This document shows, in pieces, positions 14,141-27,120 of a DNA stretch of 64,000 nucleotides. The notes beneath the pieces are model-generated. The model was not told where the DNA came from, did no database searches, and saw nothing but the letters and a program-made list of their open reading frames with translations. Numbering within the stretch: position 1 is the first letter of the stretch; each line of letters starts with the position of its first letter. The DNA is from Callorhinchus milii (taxonomy: Eukaryota), in the NCBI RefSeq assembly GCF_018977255.1, contig NW_024704742.1:127040001-127104000 (forward strand), written 5' to 3'. The position numbers and the translations under genes are program-made.

Positions 14141-14539
14141 AGAAACGCTATTGTTATACCTCAATGGTATTACAATATTTAAAAAGTATTGTCCATAACG
14201 AGAGTATATTAAATACAAGCAGAAAATAATTGTACCATTTTACAGATATGAACTATCATTGTGCTTCACTATGCTTTTCGTAGTCCTGTTAAGAAATATC
14301 ATTTAAAAAGGGCTTCATGAAAAAAGACGAGTTGTTCCAGTTATCTGAAAGAAATAAGAAGCTGGACAGAGATTTTTACGTTACCTCTGCCAAAACTCTG
14401 GAGTCTTTCACAGGCCAATATATGTTGCTTGGACTTCGTGTTTTATAATTAGCATTGATGCAATTTTATGTTAAATAATCTTCCCTATATAAGATTGATC
14501 CATCTGCCAACCTCTAATTATCTCACCTCTCTTCTAAAG

Positions 14540-14845
14540 AGAGCCAACCTGCCCGTTCCCTCCGCTCAGCGGGCTCTGGTCTGGTTCACGTCCCCTGCCT
14601 CGCCTGCCTACCACTGACGGGTGGGTCTTCCAGCCATTCTGACCCCACCCTCTGGAACTCCATCCCGCAGTGCCTCTCCAGGCCCTCCTCTTCGACAATG
14701 CCTTCGACCACCCTCCTTCTCCCCCCTCGGCCTCTACCCTCCTCAATCCCGACCCCCAGCTCGAGGCCGAAACACTGATTGTCCAGTGCCTTGGGATGTC
14801 CTCCTGACTTGAAAGGCGCTATACAAATGTAATTTTGTGTTTGTT
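14540..14845 (+). mobile_element. L2 3' end
   Basis: CTCTGGAACTCCATCCC and GAAAGGCGCTATACAAATGTAA tail. Confidence 0.8.
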
Positions 14846-15968
14846 GGAAAGAAAGTAACTAACGCTGTAGCACCATTTCACAGCACTGACAGCCTACAAT
14901 ACTTTTCTCAAGCAATGATTCTTCATGTGCAAATCTAGACAATGCACATGACAGGTTTTTTTAATTCTGGATAGGGGTGAAGCATCACCATTTAACTTGA
15001 TTCTGTCCACACTTACAGACTTTCCAAGGGAACACAATCCTTACCATTGTTTGTCCAGTTTAGACCACCCTACTCTATAGGGCTTGCAGGGCTAAAAGCA
15101 GCAAAGTGGAAAGAATTTCTGCTCTCAGTGATTGATCTGCCCTTCCAATCCTGCCAATAAACCAGGCTGGCTGGCCTGTCAGTGCCGGTGATACTGCAAA
15201 CTCCTAGCTCAGAAACTAGACTAAGACCACCACAGAAGAGTGATTAGATTCTGACATTCCGTTGCCAAGATGCCAACTTCAACTTTACCCTTCCCCAGCC
15301 AGAGGGCAATTATAATGTACCAAAGATCCCCTAAGCTAAGATCAACTAAGCTCAATAATGAACCGTTGTTGGAAACAAGATTTTTGAAACACCAGCATTA
15401 CAATGAAACAGTGACAAGTCCTTATTTATTACTACTGTGGGTTTATTCTGTAATTTTAAAATAGAACGCAATGTTCTGAAGATGAAGGTACTATAAAACA
15501 CACAGATAAGTCACACCTCAGTGTAGGGTGGAGGACACAGCTCACACCATGGAATTCAGGTATTCCTCAATAAATTAAAAGAGGCGTTCCTCAAGAAATT
15601 AAATTCATGAGGCAGATGTAAGCAGACAATTATTTTTCTGACGGACATAATTGTAAATGTAAAGGAGCCCAGGATTGAATATTGCAAATCTCTGAATATT
15701 CTACAATTCCTTTGAGGTCCTGGATATATTTATTTGACAGTAAGACAGAGCAGGTTATCTGTGGTGCAAGGGTTGTACTTGGGACTGAGATTTCAAGAAG
15801 CAGAGATAGCTCCGGATTTTGAAAGGTGGCATGGAAGGGAGGTAGCCATCAAGCAGCAGCATCTGTGAATACAAATTGTGACAGGAAGCTCAATTAAGAG
15901 CTCAATTAAGAGCTTTCCTCTCAATAGGTTAGAACACAACAATCCTCCTTGTGCTCCACCCAACAACA

Positions 15969-16330
15969 TAATAATAATAATGCTTAATTTGATATAGCGC
16001 CTCATCACATCTTTGGGACATCTCGAAGCGCTTCACAGAATGTACTGTAAAGTGAATTGACTATATTTTGTGGGCGAAACACGGCAGCCAATTGCACACA
16101 AAGGTGTCCCAGGTGGATTGAGTGACTAATTTGGTTTTATTATTTTTTTTGAAGGAATTATTACCCCCGGAAAAGCAATCCACCAATTGACTGACAACCG
16201 GGTTCCTACTTACTGCTAGTTAAAGATAGGCATGTGGAGTAAGGAACTTGACCAATGCTTACCCTGCCAAGAATCAAACTCAGGTATTTGACTTGCGAGA
16301 CAAGTACTCTAACCACTGAGGTACAGACTC
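15969..16330 (-). mobile_element. SINE, full length, long subfamily
   Basis: Head, CAACCGGGTTCCTACTTACTG internal segment and tail all present. Confidence 0.85.
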
Positions 16331-17056
16331 CACAAACATACGAGTGTTGTTTCACTGGTTTGTTCCTCCTGACTGTGTTGCAACTACCAATACAGTGTTA
16401 ATACATTTGTTCTGTACAACTATGTTCAATTGTTTCCAATCCCCTTGTGCAATTATTTAGATTTTCTTCTCTCTATCAGAGAATTGATTTTTTTTAAGAT
16501 GAGTGCACCTCTTAACAATGCCAACCTCATTATATCAACATCTTGTTATGTGATAGCACACATAACCCTACTACATTTTAAGCTATTGCTAATGATGACC
16601 TCAGTAATGGTTCTGGTTTGTCTGTGCACTCTATATGCAACCACATTAGCAGAATTACTACACATTAGCAAAATTACTAAACTCATCTGTTATTAAAACA
16701 AACCATATGGATCATTATCATTCATTATTGAATTTGTGCAATAATGAAGTTCTACTCATTTCCAATTTAGGGAACCTGCCTCCTCACTTTCCATGCAGAT
16801 AGTACAAGGGGATACATAGGTTCTGTGCTGGAATCACTGATACAGAAATGATTAAATCATAACAGTAAAGTACTCAGGTCAACTATCATCGACTATTGTG
16901 GCATTCACTCTGCTGCAACAGGACTACAAGTAACCTTTGAAAACAGCAAGATTTAAACTAATGGTTCCGTAGCTCTGAAACCCCAGTTGTTAAATCTATA
17001 ACAAACAAATGTTTTTCAAAGGTGCAGGCTAAACGTAAGAAGCATTTTCCATTAAA

Positions 17057-17247
17057 CTACGGGTGGTCCAATCTTTTGGCTGCTGAGGGCCGGATGCCCT
17101 ATTTGAGAAACGTCCGTGGGCTGCATAAGCAATATTTTTTGCCTTCTAGAAACATAACATTTACGGGTTATAGAGGGAGCGAGTGGGGCAGATGAAATAA
17201 GTTGCAGGTGGGGGGAGAGAGAAACGACAACAATGGACCACCCCGAG
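17057..17247. mobile_element. Possible ~190-bp hAT/Charlie-like MITE
   Basis: Imperfect inverted termini GGGTGGTCCA / TGGACCACCC; left end resembles recalled MER30-type ends; no clear 8-bp TSD. Confidence 0.4.
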
Positions 17248-20200
17248 CTACATCATTTTCAAGTCTGACTATAACTGTTAGGAGGCCCGGGATAGCCGAC
17301 AATAAAACATGAGATTGCTTGGGATGGAGAATTGCATGCAATACCAAATTACTGTATCAACATTTTAGATTGTCAGAAGCAGTGTTACCAAATGCCACCA
17401 CCATTTTTTGGGGGGCATGGGGGGAAGAGAACATTAGGAAGAGAAGGAAGTGACTGCATCCATCAGGCTGAACCAAAGGTCAGATTTATTATTACTCCAG
17501 CTAGGATGGATCGACTCAATTTTCCCAGTGACTGAAATTCCTTTAAAGATACAACCATTTGACAGGTAGGTATGGTTCTTATATTTTCTTTCATTACTGT
17601 ATAAACACTTCCTCCATCAACACCCCTTAGCATTCTGAAAATAAGAAAGCAGCAGCAACTGATGAGGCAGCCTAAGTTATGCCTAGAAAAAAATACAAAT
17701 TAGCCTGTTTTCACAAACACTGACACCCACAAATAACTTTCATGTACACTTCAAAAGATCTTGGCAACAGATTTTTATTCTGGATTGCCTCATAATAGAT
17801 GTAGGAACAGCTGCCTCTTGCAGTTTTTAGAGTCCATTGTAACTTTTCAAAGAGAAATCAGTTGTCCTTCCAAGTGCAAACATTCTGCATACAAACGCTT
17901 TCTCAATACTTTTAAATGATAAACATCCACCATCCCCCTCCTCCACCACACACATACACAAATGTACATTATTTAAATAAACCAAATCATTTGGAATTAG
18001 CTTGCACCAACGTAATCTTGTTGCAGAAATTCTCATAAAAAGTCAAGGGATTTAAGCTATGATATAGTTGTTCAACTCTTACTGAAGCTGCAGTTCCCTA
18101 CATTCAGCACATTTTAAATATGGCCATTATTACACTAATTTCTAAAAGATATTGTGGTACGTACATTTTCATGCAAAACAAGCAATATCTAAGGTGGGCA
18201 ACTTCCTAAGACTACTGCAGCTCTAAGCCCTGTAGTCAGCCTTGTAATTTGTTTTATTCTGGTTTTCCAGCTAGAACCATGGAGCCAGTCAGAAATAGAG
18301 AGGGACAAATTCTTGCAGTAAATGATAGATGTGATCCTCCAGGTTTTGGCTGACGACCCAGGGTAGCTGGTTTGTCATCAGCAGTGTGGATCTTAGAGTG
18401 TGAATCCATCTGGCTCGAGAAGAGAACTATTGAGATAGTCCATAAAATATACAGTCATTATAACCATTTACCACAACTAATCATGTATATCAGCCGGGTA
18501 ATTTAGTATCTCCAAGCACATGAACTGAATCTGGCCAATCCTCTAGTATTTGGTTGAGGTTATCGTGACCCAAACTCAATCTCCAATCATTTTACACTGC
18601 TAACAATGAAACAGGAGTAAGTGACAAGAGAAATATTATAGCACCAACAACCTCTGGAACAAAAAGTGAGCCAATCAACATGAAGTAAATGAATCAAACA
18701 TAACCGTGCATCTTAATACTGCTTTATACTAATGTGTCATTTAATCTCATGGAATAGTGCAATATCTGTATTCACCACCATTGAGCTATTTGGCAAACCC
18801 CAAAATTATCTGAAAAACTCAGGTTCAACAAAGTAAACCACTGCAGCTCCAAAGACAGAACAGTCATATTGTTGTCACACAGCTTGTGAAAACAGATAGT
18901 TGCCTGATTGATAATTTAAAAATATAACATTAAATGGCTGTTCCATGGTGGGAGCTAGCTAGCAAGCAATGTTTAGATTTCTCCTCACAAGGAAGAGGGG
19001 AGAGAGCCTATTAGATCTCACAGTTATACTTCCCTTTAAGGTGGTGATAGGATTTAGTGACCAATCCTTCAGCAAAAGATGTATCTTTGATGTGGGCTGA
19101 CTTCTAAGGCTATTCAGAAAATAAAATTCCAAATTTGCATGTAGAAAACAAAGAAGTTATTCGTGCTTGGATGGTTTCACAACTTCCAGTGGAGCTCTGG
19201 TGACCACTTCATAATCCAGCCTGAGCTTGAGTAGAGAATACCATCAAGATATGTACAGTATTTCATTGTCAGATGAGATTACACATGAATCATGTAAGCA
19301 GAAATAATTATTTTTTCCTTCCCAAACCCAAGCATACAGATTATAAGACATTCCGATGAAGAAATCTTTCAGGTCAATTTGATCTCATCCTTCTAGAATA
19401 CCCACCAACACCCTACCAGCATCAAGCGGTTTGGTAAATGAATACAACGGGGGTTAATTGGAAAGTTTCCACTGTCAGCTTGGCTGTGGTCTGCATATTG
19501 TTGATTCTGATTCAGACCACCCACTGCAATCAGAGTATGCTAAGAAACATAAAAGGAGCACTTTATATTTAACAACCTTCCATTTCTGCTGTGCAAAAAC
19601 GACAGGGATTTGAATGACAATATTTTAAAAAGCCATTTCATTTTAGTTGAGTATAAGACTTCAATACTAAAACAATGGGGAGCTACATAAAGCTTTTTTT
19701 TAAAAAATATCTCCATCCTCACTTTCTCCACTGTGTAACATCCTGTGCCTCACAGCACCACAGCAAGGAAGGCAGGTGACAAAAAACACCTCCATAACCT
19801 TCATCAATGCTGTTCTTTGTCAGCTGTTAGAAAGGAAGCTAAACTGCAGCTCTGACAATTCCATCCCTTCAATCTGCTGAGCACCTTCCATTATCTTGGG
19901 GGTAACATCCAACAGCCCTGACAAGCGAAAAATGTACTGCTTCGAGAAAGCTATTTCAAATATCAGTGACAGCCATGATGCTCACCTGGGTCTCAAATCT
20001 GCAACACTGTGCAGTGCATTAACATGGCACCTCTCAAATTATTCAGTCTAAAAGCAAGAGCCAATTGTTACCCTCCCATTACTTCAGACTGAATCAGTTG
20101 TAATTTTCTATAGCAGCCTCTCTCAAGTATAAAGAACAAACTTTAATAAATGCCAGTAAGTGACTCAGCTCTCATTTGCCATTTCTGAATTTACAGCAAC

Positions 20201-21935
20201 AGTTCATCCTAGGACATTTACAATTCAATTTTAACTTTTATGCCCTTTATAGCATTTAACATCATATAAACTAGTAAATATGCTGTTCTCTAAAGTGCCA
20301 GAAAAATCCAGTGTTCAATGTAATGTACCCATGTGGCTCCAAATTATTTTAATCATACCAATTCATTTACATGATGATGTCCAATGAACATTACGTAAAA
20401 TATTGAAACTGCTATAAACATTAAGACATAAAAAGAATAATGTAATAATGCACCATACTGCGTTCCACGATGAAGCACACTGCATAAATGCAAGTTTTGT
20501 ATGACCTGCCAATTACCAGATAAATCCCAGACCTAAAGCTAATCTGCAAACCTCTTCCCTCCAATACTCTTCTCATATTGATTTTTCTGTACAGTGCTCA
20601 GTATTGGCAGACTATGTGCAAGATTGGAAATTATTAGACACAAGCACGTTCAACACCTCACAAAATGGAGGTTTGAATGGAGAAGACCCTTTGGCCCATT
20701 TGATCTCATCCTTCCAGAAACTAATCCTACCATCCTGCCATCACAGCATCAAGTTATTTTTAAATCCACACTAACCGTTTCTGTATTGCTGTGTTGGAGT
20801 GACAAATTATAAATCCCATTCTACCCACTGCCCCAAAACTTCACCCTCATGTATTTTTAATGATATGTGCTATAAATGTTTTTTGCCCAGCAAGCTGTGC
20901 ATGAGCTATGTGTAAGGAGAAAGCAAACTGTTTCCAAGTCCGTATGCTGTTCAGACAAAACATCAAAAACTCAAAAANTGACAATGATCGATTGCTATCC
21001 TTCCAATTTTTCCTCCCTGCAGTAACAATTTGCATTTATATAGTGCCCTTTACGTGGGGCAGAGTCTTGGAGCACTAACAGATCAGAGGGAGGAAAGTCA
21101 GAGAATGGAAGAAAGCAAGGCTTTGCTTGACTGCTCTTTGGGTGCTACTTTGTTGGCAATCCATTGTGTTGTGTGGCAAATACTTATGTTATCTCTATTT
21201 TCAAATGAAATCTTTAACAGCTTTACAATGCAAATTTGGTAAAGTCAGAAAATCAGAGATTCACAATGAACTGGGATGCATACTACTGAAGTTTAAATGT
21301 TCAACCTAAAAGGTTTAGGTTGGGGATTAAGATTATGGGTTGGAGAGGACTACACTGACCAATTTGCTTAAATTCAAAGGGATAACAGTTGGGTGCAATT
21401 GAAATGCATCTGAAATGCAGGAAGTGAACCTCAGTGTTTCCTTCATTCCATAGATTCCCCAGCAAAGACTGAAAAATCTCTCCAATGAAGTGAAAACAAG
21501 AGAAGAATCCAATACCTAGATGACACAGCTGCCAGGTTGGACAGCACTCCAGTTTTATATCACGACCATCACGATTTATTAATTGAAATGTTTAAATTGC
21601 ATATTAAATAATTAATCACTCATCACATCACTAAACAAATAACTTTATGTAGCACTTTCCAGGATTTGGGTGACCAGATCAAGAAGATTGCTATATGAAA
21701 AAAATCTCAAAACTCCTTCGGATTTCTAATCTTATTCTTATCAGCTCAGCTGAAAATACGATGTGATCAAGCAATCAATTGGTTGTTCAAAACACAACAT
21801 GCATTGCACCTTCCACAAAAAAGGAAATGTCTCAAGGCACTTCTCAAAATATAATCCTAATAAATTAAGTAAATATTTGTTAGATGGACAAACATGGCAG
21901 CTAATCTGTGCTAACAATATTCCATGAACAATTGA

Positions 21936-22402
21936 ATGATACCAGGAATGGGGAACCTTAGCTATGAGGGCAGGCTGGAGAAGTTAGGACTTTTCCCATT
22001 AGAGCAGAGAAGTTTACGTGGGGACCTGATAGAGGTCTTCAAGATCATGAAAGGTTTCGACAGGCTAGATAGGGAAAAGCTGTTTCCGCTGGTAGGTGTG
22101 TCTGTGACCCGTGGTCACAGTCTTAAGATATCTACCAAAAGAAGCAGAGGGGAGGTGAGAAGAAATTTTTTCTCTCAGCGAGTTGTTCAAATTTGGAATG
22201 ATCTGCCTGAAAGGGTAGTGAAGTCCAATTTGACAAAAACAGCTTTTAAGAGAGAACTTGATAGGTATCTGGGGAAGACGAGTTTGCAGGGTTATGGGGA
22301 GAAAGCTGGTGATTGGGGTTAGTGAAAGTGACTTGCTCTGTCAAAGAGCCGGCACAGACTCGATGGGCCGAATGGCCTCCTTCTGTGCCGTAAGATTCTA
22401 TG
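21936..22402 (+). mobile_element. CR1 LINE 3' end
   Basis: SYEGRLEKLGLFPLEQRSLRGDLIEVFKIMKG, FFSQRVVQIWNDLP; 3' UTR ending GATGGGCCGAATGGCCTCC...ATTCTATG. Confidence 0.92.
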
Positions 22403-22739
22403 AAAATTCTATAATTAGAAATGCAGCCAATTACATTTGAATCTGGGAGTAAATTTGGATTAGGCTGAGGCAAGATAATATCAAAAAAATTCTACATTTC
22501 TTTGAAACATTGATTCTTTACAACTACCTAAATCAAAAGATAGACAGAATCAAAAATTTCTAACAGGAAACTGCTCTATCGATACTCACATTTTAAACAA
22601 GTGAGAAGTTGTTTCATTAATACATCAAAAATGGTATTAAAAATTGTTCAGATCCTAATTCAAGAGTACTATCTACCAACCATAATTAAAAATGAAAAAG
22701 TTGTTTAAATACTTTAACTTTACACTGCCCTTTCCTCAT

Positions 22740-22853
22740 ATTCGCCCACAAATAACACAGTCAATTCACTTACAGTATATTCTGTGAAGCGCTTTGAGAC
22801 GTCTAGAAGATGTGAAAGGCGTTATATCAAATGCAAGGATTATTGTATTATTA
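22740..22853 (+). mobile_element. SINE tail fragment
   Basis: CAGTCAATTCACT...CAAATGCAAGGATTATT. Confidence 0.8.
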
Positions 22854-24149
22854 TAGTGTAGCTATCATTGAAACATTATCTGATGCCTACATTTTCTCGT
22901 ACTACATCATGCGTGGGAGGACGTATTAGCACAATGAAGTTTACAGTATCATCGATCTCTAACCATGATTTTGTAACCTTTAATACTACCACATATTGTG
23001 AAATGTAGAATTGCACACTGTATTGCAAAAAAATTATGTGATCCTATTCTGCTAGTCATATGAAACTCAATAAACTCAAAAAAAAAGCAATCAAAGAGTG
23101 GATTGATACTCTAGTCTACAGAATTCCTACCACTGTTGAAGCAACCTTGATGCAATTTACCAGCAGCTTCAGAACAAGGTGCAAGCTATATTTCTCCAAT
23201 GATCTATTACAACAGGTGTCATATAACACGCATTGAATTAGGTCATTGTTTACGCCTCTTTGTTCAAATGACACGACATGTATCCTGTAAGTAAGTACCT
23301 GTTTACATGCATAATCAGATTCGTAATCATTAATCTGCCATTTTCTTTTGTTAACCTAAAATTAGAACACCTGACAATGCACAAATACAATCTTCAACGA
23401 GAACTGATTTGACAATGCATTTAGATGCTAAACAATAATAATTCATTAGTGCAACATAATAAGTGTTAAAAATGCAAATGTTGCCACAATGCAACAGATT
23501 TTGATGTACAGTTTGATGTGGGCAGCCAATGGAGTTGTTAATCGTGTGTGTAAAATGCGGATAATGCTTAACTTAAATACAGCCTTTTAAACTAGAAAAT
23601 CATCATTAACAATGCTAACATAAAGATCTTTTTTTTTCTGGGTTCTGCATGTTGCTGTGACTAAGAAACTATCTTTGGGAATCAGACTGATTAGATGAAG
23701 TCTGCTCACCATAATTACAAAATATTCCCTTTCATGAGAGGTGGTATTTTAGTTTCATGTGAAAGTGGTTCTAAGCAACCTGTGGTCATAAACAACTGCA
23801 GAATTTCACGTAGACTGACAATCTTATCCAGGAGTATTAATGCAGAGGTTAGAAAATGCATACATGTACAAATCCTCTGCAAGCGCTGATCTGGAGTATG
23901 GTAAATTAATGTTTGATGGGCATTGCTGTGTACCAGTGTCCAAAATAGAAATGATTGTTTTTAACATGAAGAAAAGTGTGTAATGTCTTAAATAATTCCT
24001 CCACTTAATATAGCACATAAATTGCTGAAACATCTCAATGTATTCACAAGTAAGTACCATCAAGTGTATTCAAAGTATTTGTAGTCAAGCACAAGTAAAT
24101 TTATGCAGAGCAAGATCACACACGTATTCATAGTGAATTCCCAATTGAA

Positions 24150-24340
24150 GTGGATTGTTGGCCAGTACACAAGGAGAAACTCCCTTTTCTTTTCAATGAC
24201 GTGGGATCTTGACTCCACCTGAACAGGCAGAGTGGATCTTGATTTTGACATTTCATCTAAAGGATGGCACCTCCAGTTGCGCAGCACTAACGCAGCACAG
24301 CACTGGACTAGTTTCAGCCTCGACTGTTGAGCTCAAAATC
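24150..24340 (-). mobile_element. Old Deu-domain SINE remnant
   Basis: GGGATCTT...CCACCTGAACAGGCAG...TTTCATCTAAAGGATGGCACCTCC is reverse-similar to 11090-11190. Confidence 0.55.
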
Positions 24341-26632
24341 CTGATGATTAGATTAAATTTGGCACATATCCAAGTTCTAAATTACTTCTTTATAAAGTAA
24401 TCAAAGTACGTCAGACAAAAACAAGTCACTTAACAGTAAATCTTTTGAGCTTTTAAGACTTGCGAAACGTAAAGCTGACGTAATCTGGTTAAGTTTGACA
24501 TAAGCAGCCAAGTATTATTGCTTTATTTTAATTCTTAACATTGCGACATGACTTAAGGAAAGTATTAACTACAGTAACAACTTCTTCAACTGTCTTGTAC
24601 ATTTGGCACGTAGCCAAGTTCTAAATTACTCTCTATAAAAAGGGTTAAGTAAGTTCCCTACAAATGTCACTGGATAGATCAGTTGACGTTAAATCAGTAC
24701 CTCCATCAAGTGATGTCTAATGGCTACAAATCAAACCATCAAAGAGGAATAATTATGAAAGCCTTGCAGATTGTGCATTTACAATTCAGCGAATCTGACG
24801 AGATTCTCAGTTATATTCGTGCCCCACACAGGCACGAGGGCAAAGCGTATTTAATAAAATAGATGGACCGAAACAGATAAAATTGAGATTTCCCGAAACA
24901 CAACTGCAATGTAGATGTGCCGTCTTTACCACTTTTATTCTCCTGTGTTTGCCGATTTCGTTAATCTTCCTCCATATATCGTTTGGCGACCGCGGCAACA
25001 CCCCGAGGGGGGGATACAGGATTAAACCATCGCGTATCTTTAAAGTGATGTTAAAAGAGATCGGGGTCACGACCACCACCAGTCGCTGACCCGGCGATCC
25101 ACAACCAACGTGCCCGGAAAATCACCAAAAGCCACAGTCAACGTGTTGCATTCGGGACACAAACCGGTCTTTTGCATTTTTTTGTTTTGTTTTTTAAAAA
25201 AAAAATAATGTCTCCATCACCAGAACGCGCCAAATATCTGATTGAAACCGATCCACTCGGGTGGACACGGATACGCGGCACTTGCACTGAAAGGCGCTCT
25301 CGGCGCCGCCGCGGGTGAATTGTGCCGCTGTTGCTGGACCGGGAGTGAGGAGTTGGGGCAGGGGTTCCCCCAGCATCCACACTCCTTACAGGCACCTGTC
25401 TGGTCGATGGGTTCCGATTGCAACCCTTTCCCCCCCCACCCCCCCCCCTCTCTCTCTCTCTCTCTCTCATACTCATTGCGAGCTTTTGCCCCCCCTGTCC
25501 GCCGCTGCCTCGTCCCTAAAATTAAACGTGGGAGGGAACGAAGGAAGGGAAGGGAAGCGAAGGGAAGGAAGCTCGCAACTTTGCTCAGGGAGTGAGTTGG
25601 GTCCAGCGTTGCTGACATGACAAGCTTCCTCCCTTCCTCGAAGCTTTTTCCTCTCGACGGCGGCAACGAACCGCCTGGAAAATAACCCCCCACCCCCCAA
25701 AAAAAAATCTCCCACACACACACACACAGAGAGAGAGAGAGACGACCCGTCTGATCAGGAGAGACGGCCAAGTCCAGCTGAACCCGGTGTGAACCGACTG
25801 CCACGTACATTAAATTCCCCCCTCCCCCCCCCACCACCACCACCACCACCGAGAAAAAAAAACGTCCGTTATATTTAAATGTCGCCCCAAAAAGTACATC
25901 AAAAAAGTGTGAGGTTTTTTTTTAACACTAAACACACACCTCCTCACACACACACACACATTGACACACAGTTATTTTTTTTGTGCCGCCGACGATCAAA
26001 TTAAAAGGGAGAGGGAGAGGGAGGAAAGAAAAAAAAATCAAAAGAACTTTCTCGAACTGGCGAAGCCACGCAACATGTCCCCCAAAACAATCCCACCCCG
26101 GGATCCCGAGCCTCCATCCCGTGGGATAAAGGCGGCCGTCGGAAAGAAGAGAGGGAAAAAAAGGAGATGAGCCTGAAACGGGATGGGATTCAGAGAGAGA
26201 GAGAAAGAGAGAAAAAGAGAAAGAAAAAAAGAGAGGATAAAACACTCACACATCACCTCTCTCTCTCTCTTTACTTCTCCCCCTCCATCTCTCCCTCGTC
26301 GCTAAACGTAAATAAAATAGCACTCAGTCACCACGAGAGACGTCGTCGTTTGCGTCAAATAAATAAAAATATATCGGTATATATATATATATATAGATAT
26401 AAGTGTGTATGTATATATATGTATATATATAACCACCAACAAAACCCACAGCAACAAGTCAAGTCGGCAGTTTGTTCTGTTCTGGAAGCCAACGTTATTG
26501 CTGAGGAGTTGGGGATATTCCTATTATTATTACCCCCTCTCCTCTCCCCTCCCCTCCCCCGGGCTGGGGGTGAAGGCCGGTGGGTCTCCCTCCCTCCATC
26601 CCTCCATCCCTCCCGCACTCAGTGACACTCAC

Positions 26633-26654
26633 CTCGGACACAAAGTAGAGACAT
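26633..26654 (-). CDS. unc13b: First coding exon of unc-13 homolog B (Munc13-2): MSLLCVR plus one base, phase 1
   Basis: Minus strand reads ATG TCT CTA CTT TGT GTC CGA G then GTGAGT (consensus donor, GT at 26632-26631). MSLLCVR matches the recalled N-terminus of vertebrate UNC13B (UNC13A has MSLLCVG) and the recalled 22-nt first coding exon. Lies in a CpG island. Confidence 0.88.
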
Positions 26655-26915
26655 AGTCACCAAAGTCGGTGTCGCTGCCACTTAATTAAGAGGCGAAATA
26701 ACCGGAATGTGGGCGAGGAGGGCGCTGCTGCTGCTGCTTCTTCTTCTTCTTCAACTTCTTCTACTGCACCGGCGCCAGTGCTCGCTCCCTGCCCGGCACG
26801 GCGGCTGACAGGTGGAAGCAACTCTCAGCTGCTCGGCGACACCGCCGCCTCTCACATCCCATCGCCATGTTGCCACCGACTCGTCGCTCCAGGTCCAACA
26901 GGCGGAAGTCGCGCG
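26655..26915 (-). other. unc13b: Probable 5' UTR of unc13b exon 1 (TSS approximate)
   Basis: GC-rich stretch between the promoter motif cluster and the ATG; contains a (GAA)n(GCA)n tract at ~26724-26762. TSS inferred, not observed. Confidence 0.55.
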
Positions 26916-27120
26916 TGGAGGAGGGAGGGGGCGGGGGAGTGTGTGTGTGGGGGAGAGTGATTGACAGGCAGCTTCACCAATAGAGAGCGACTGACGCGGA
27001 GGGTCCCACGCCCAGTCCCGTTCGCGAGCCAATAGAAGAGGCGTGAGGGGAGTGAGGGGCGGGACCTGGTCAGGTCGGTGTCTGGAGTGTGTGGTGTGTG
27101 TTGTGAGGTGAGTGACGTCG
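26900..27120. promoter_or_regulatory. TATA-less promoter motif cluster
   Basis: ETS-like GGCGGAAGT 26901-26909; PBX/PKNOX decamer TGATTGACAG 26958-26967; CCAAT 26977-26981 and 27029-27033; CCACGCCC 27006-27013; GC box 27056-27064; CRE-like TGACGTC 27113-27119. Confidence 0.7.

Larger units (their letters stand above)
1..26632 (-). other. unc13b: unc13b intron 1 (partial, probably runs off the left edge)
   Basis: Starts at the GTGAGT donor; no exon encoding the expected VK(R/K)AKF continuation was found by eye; repeat-rich. Confidence 0.65.
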
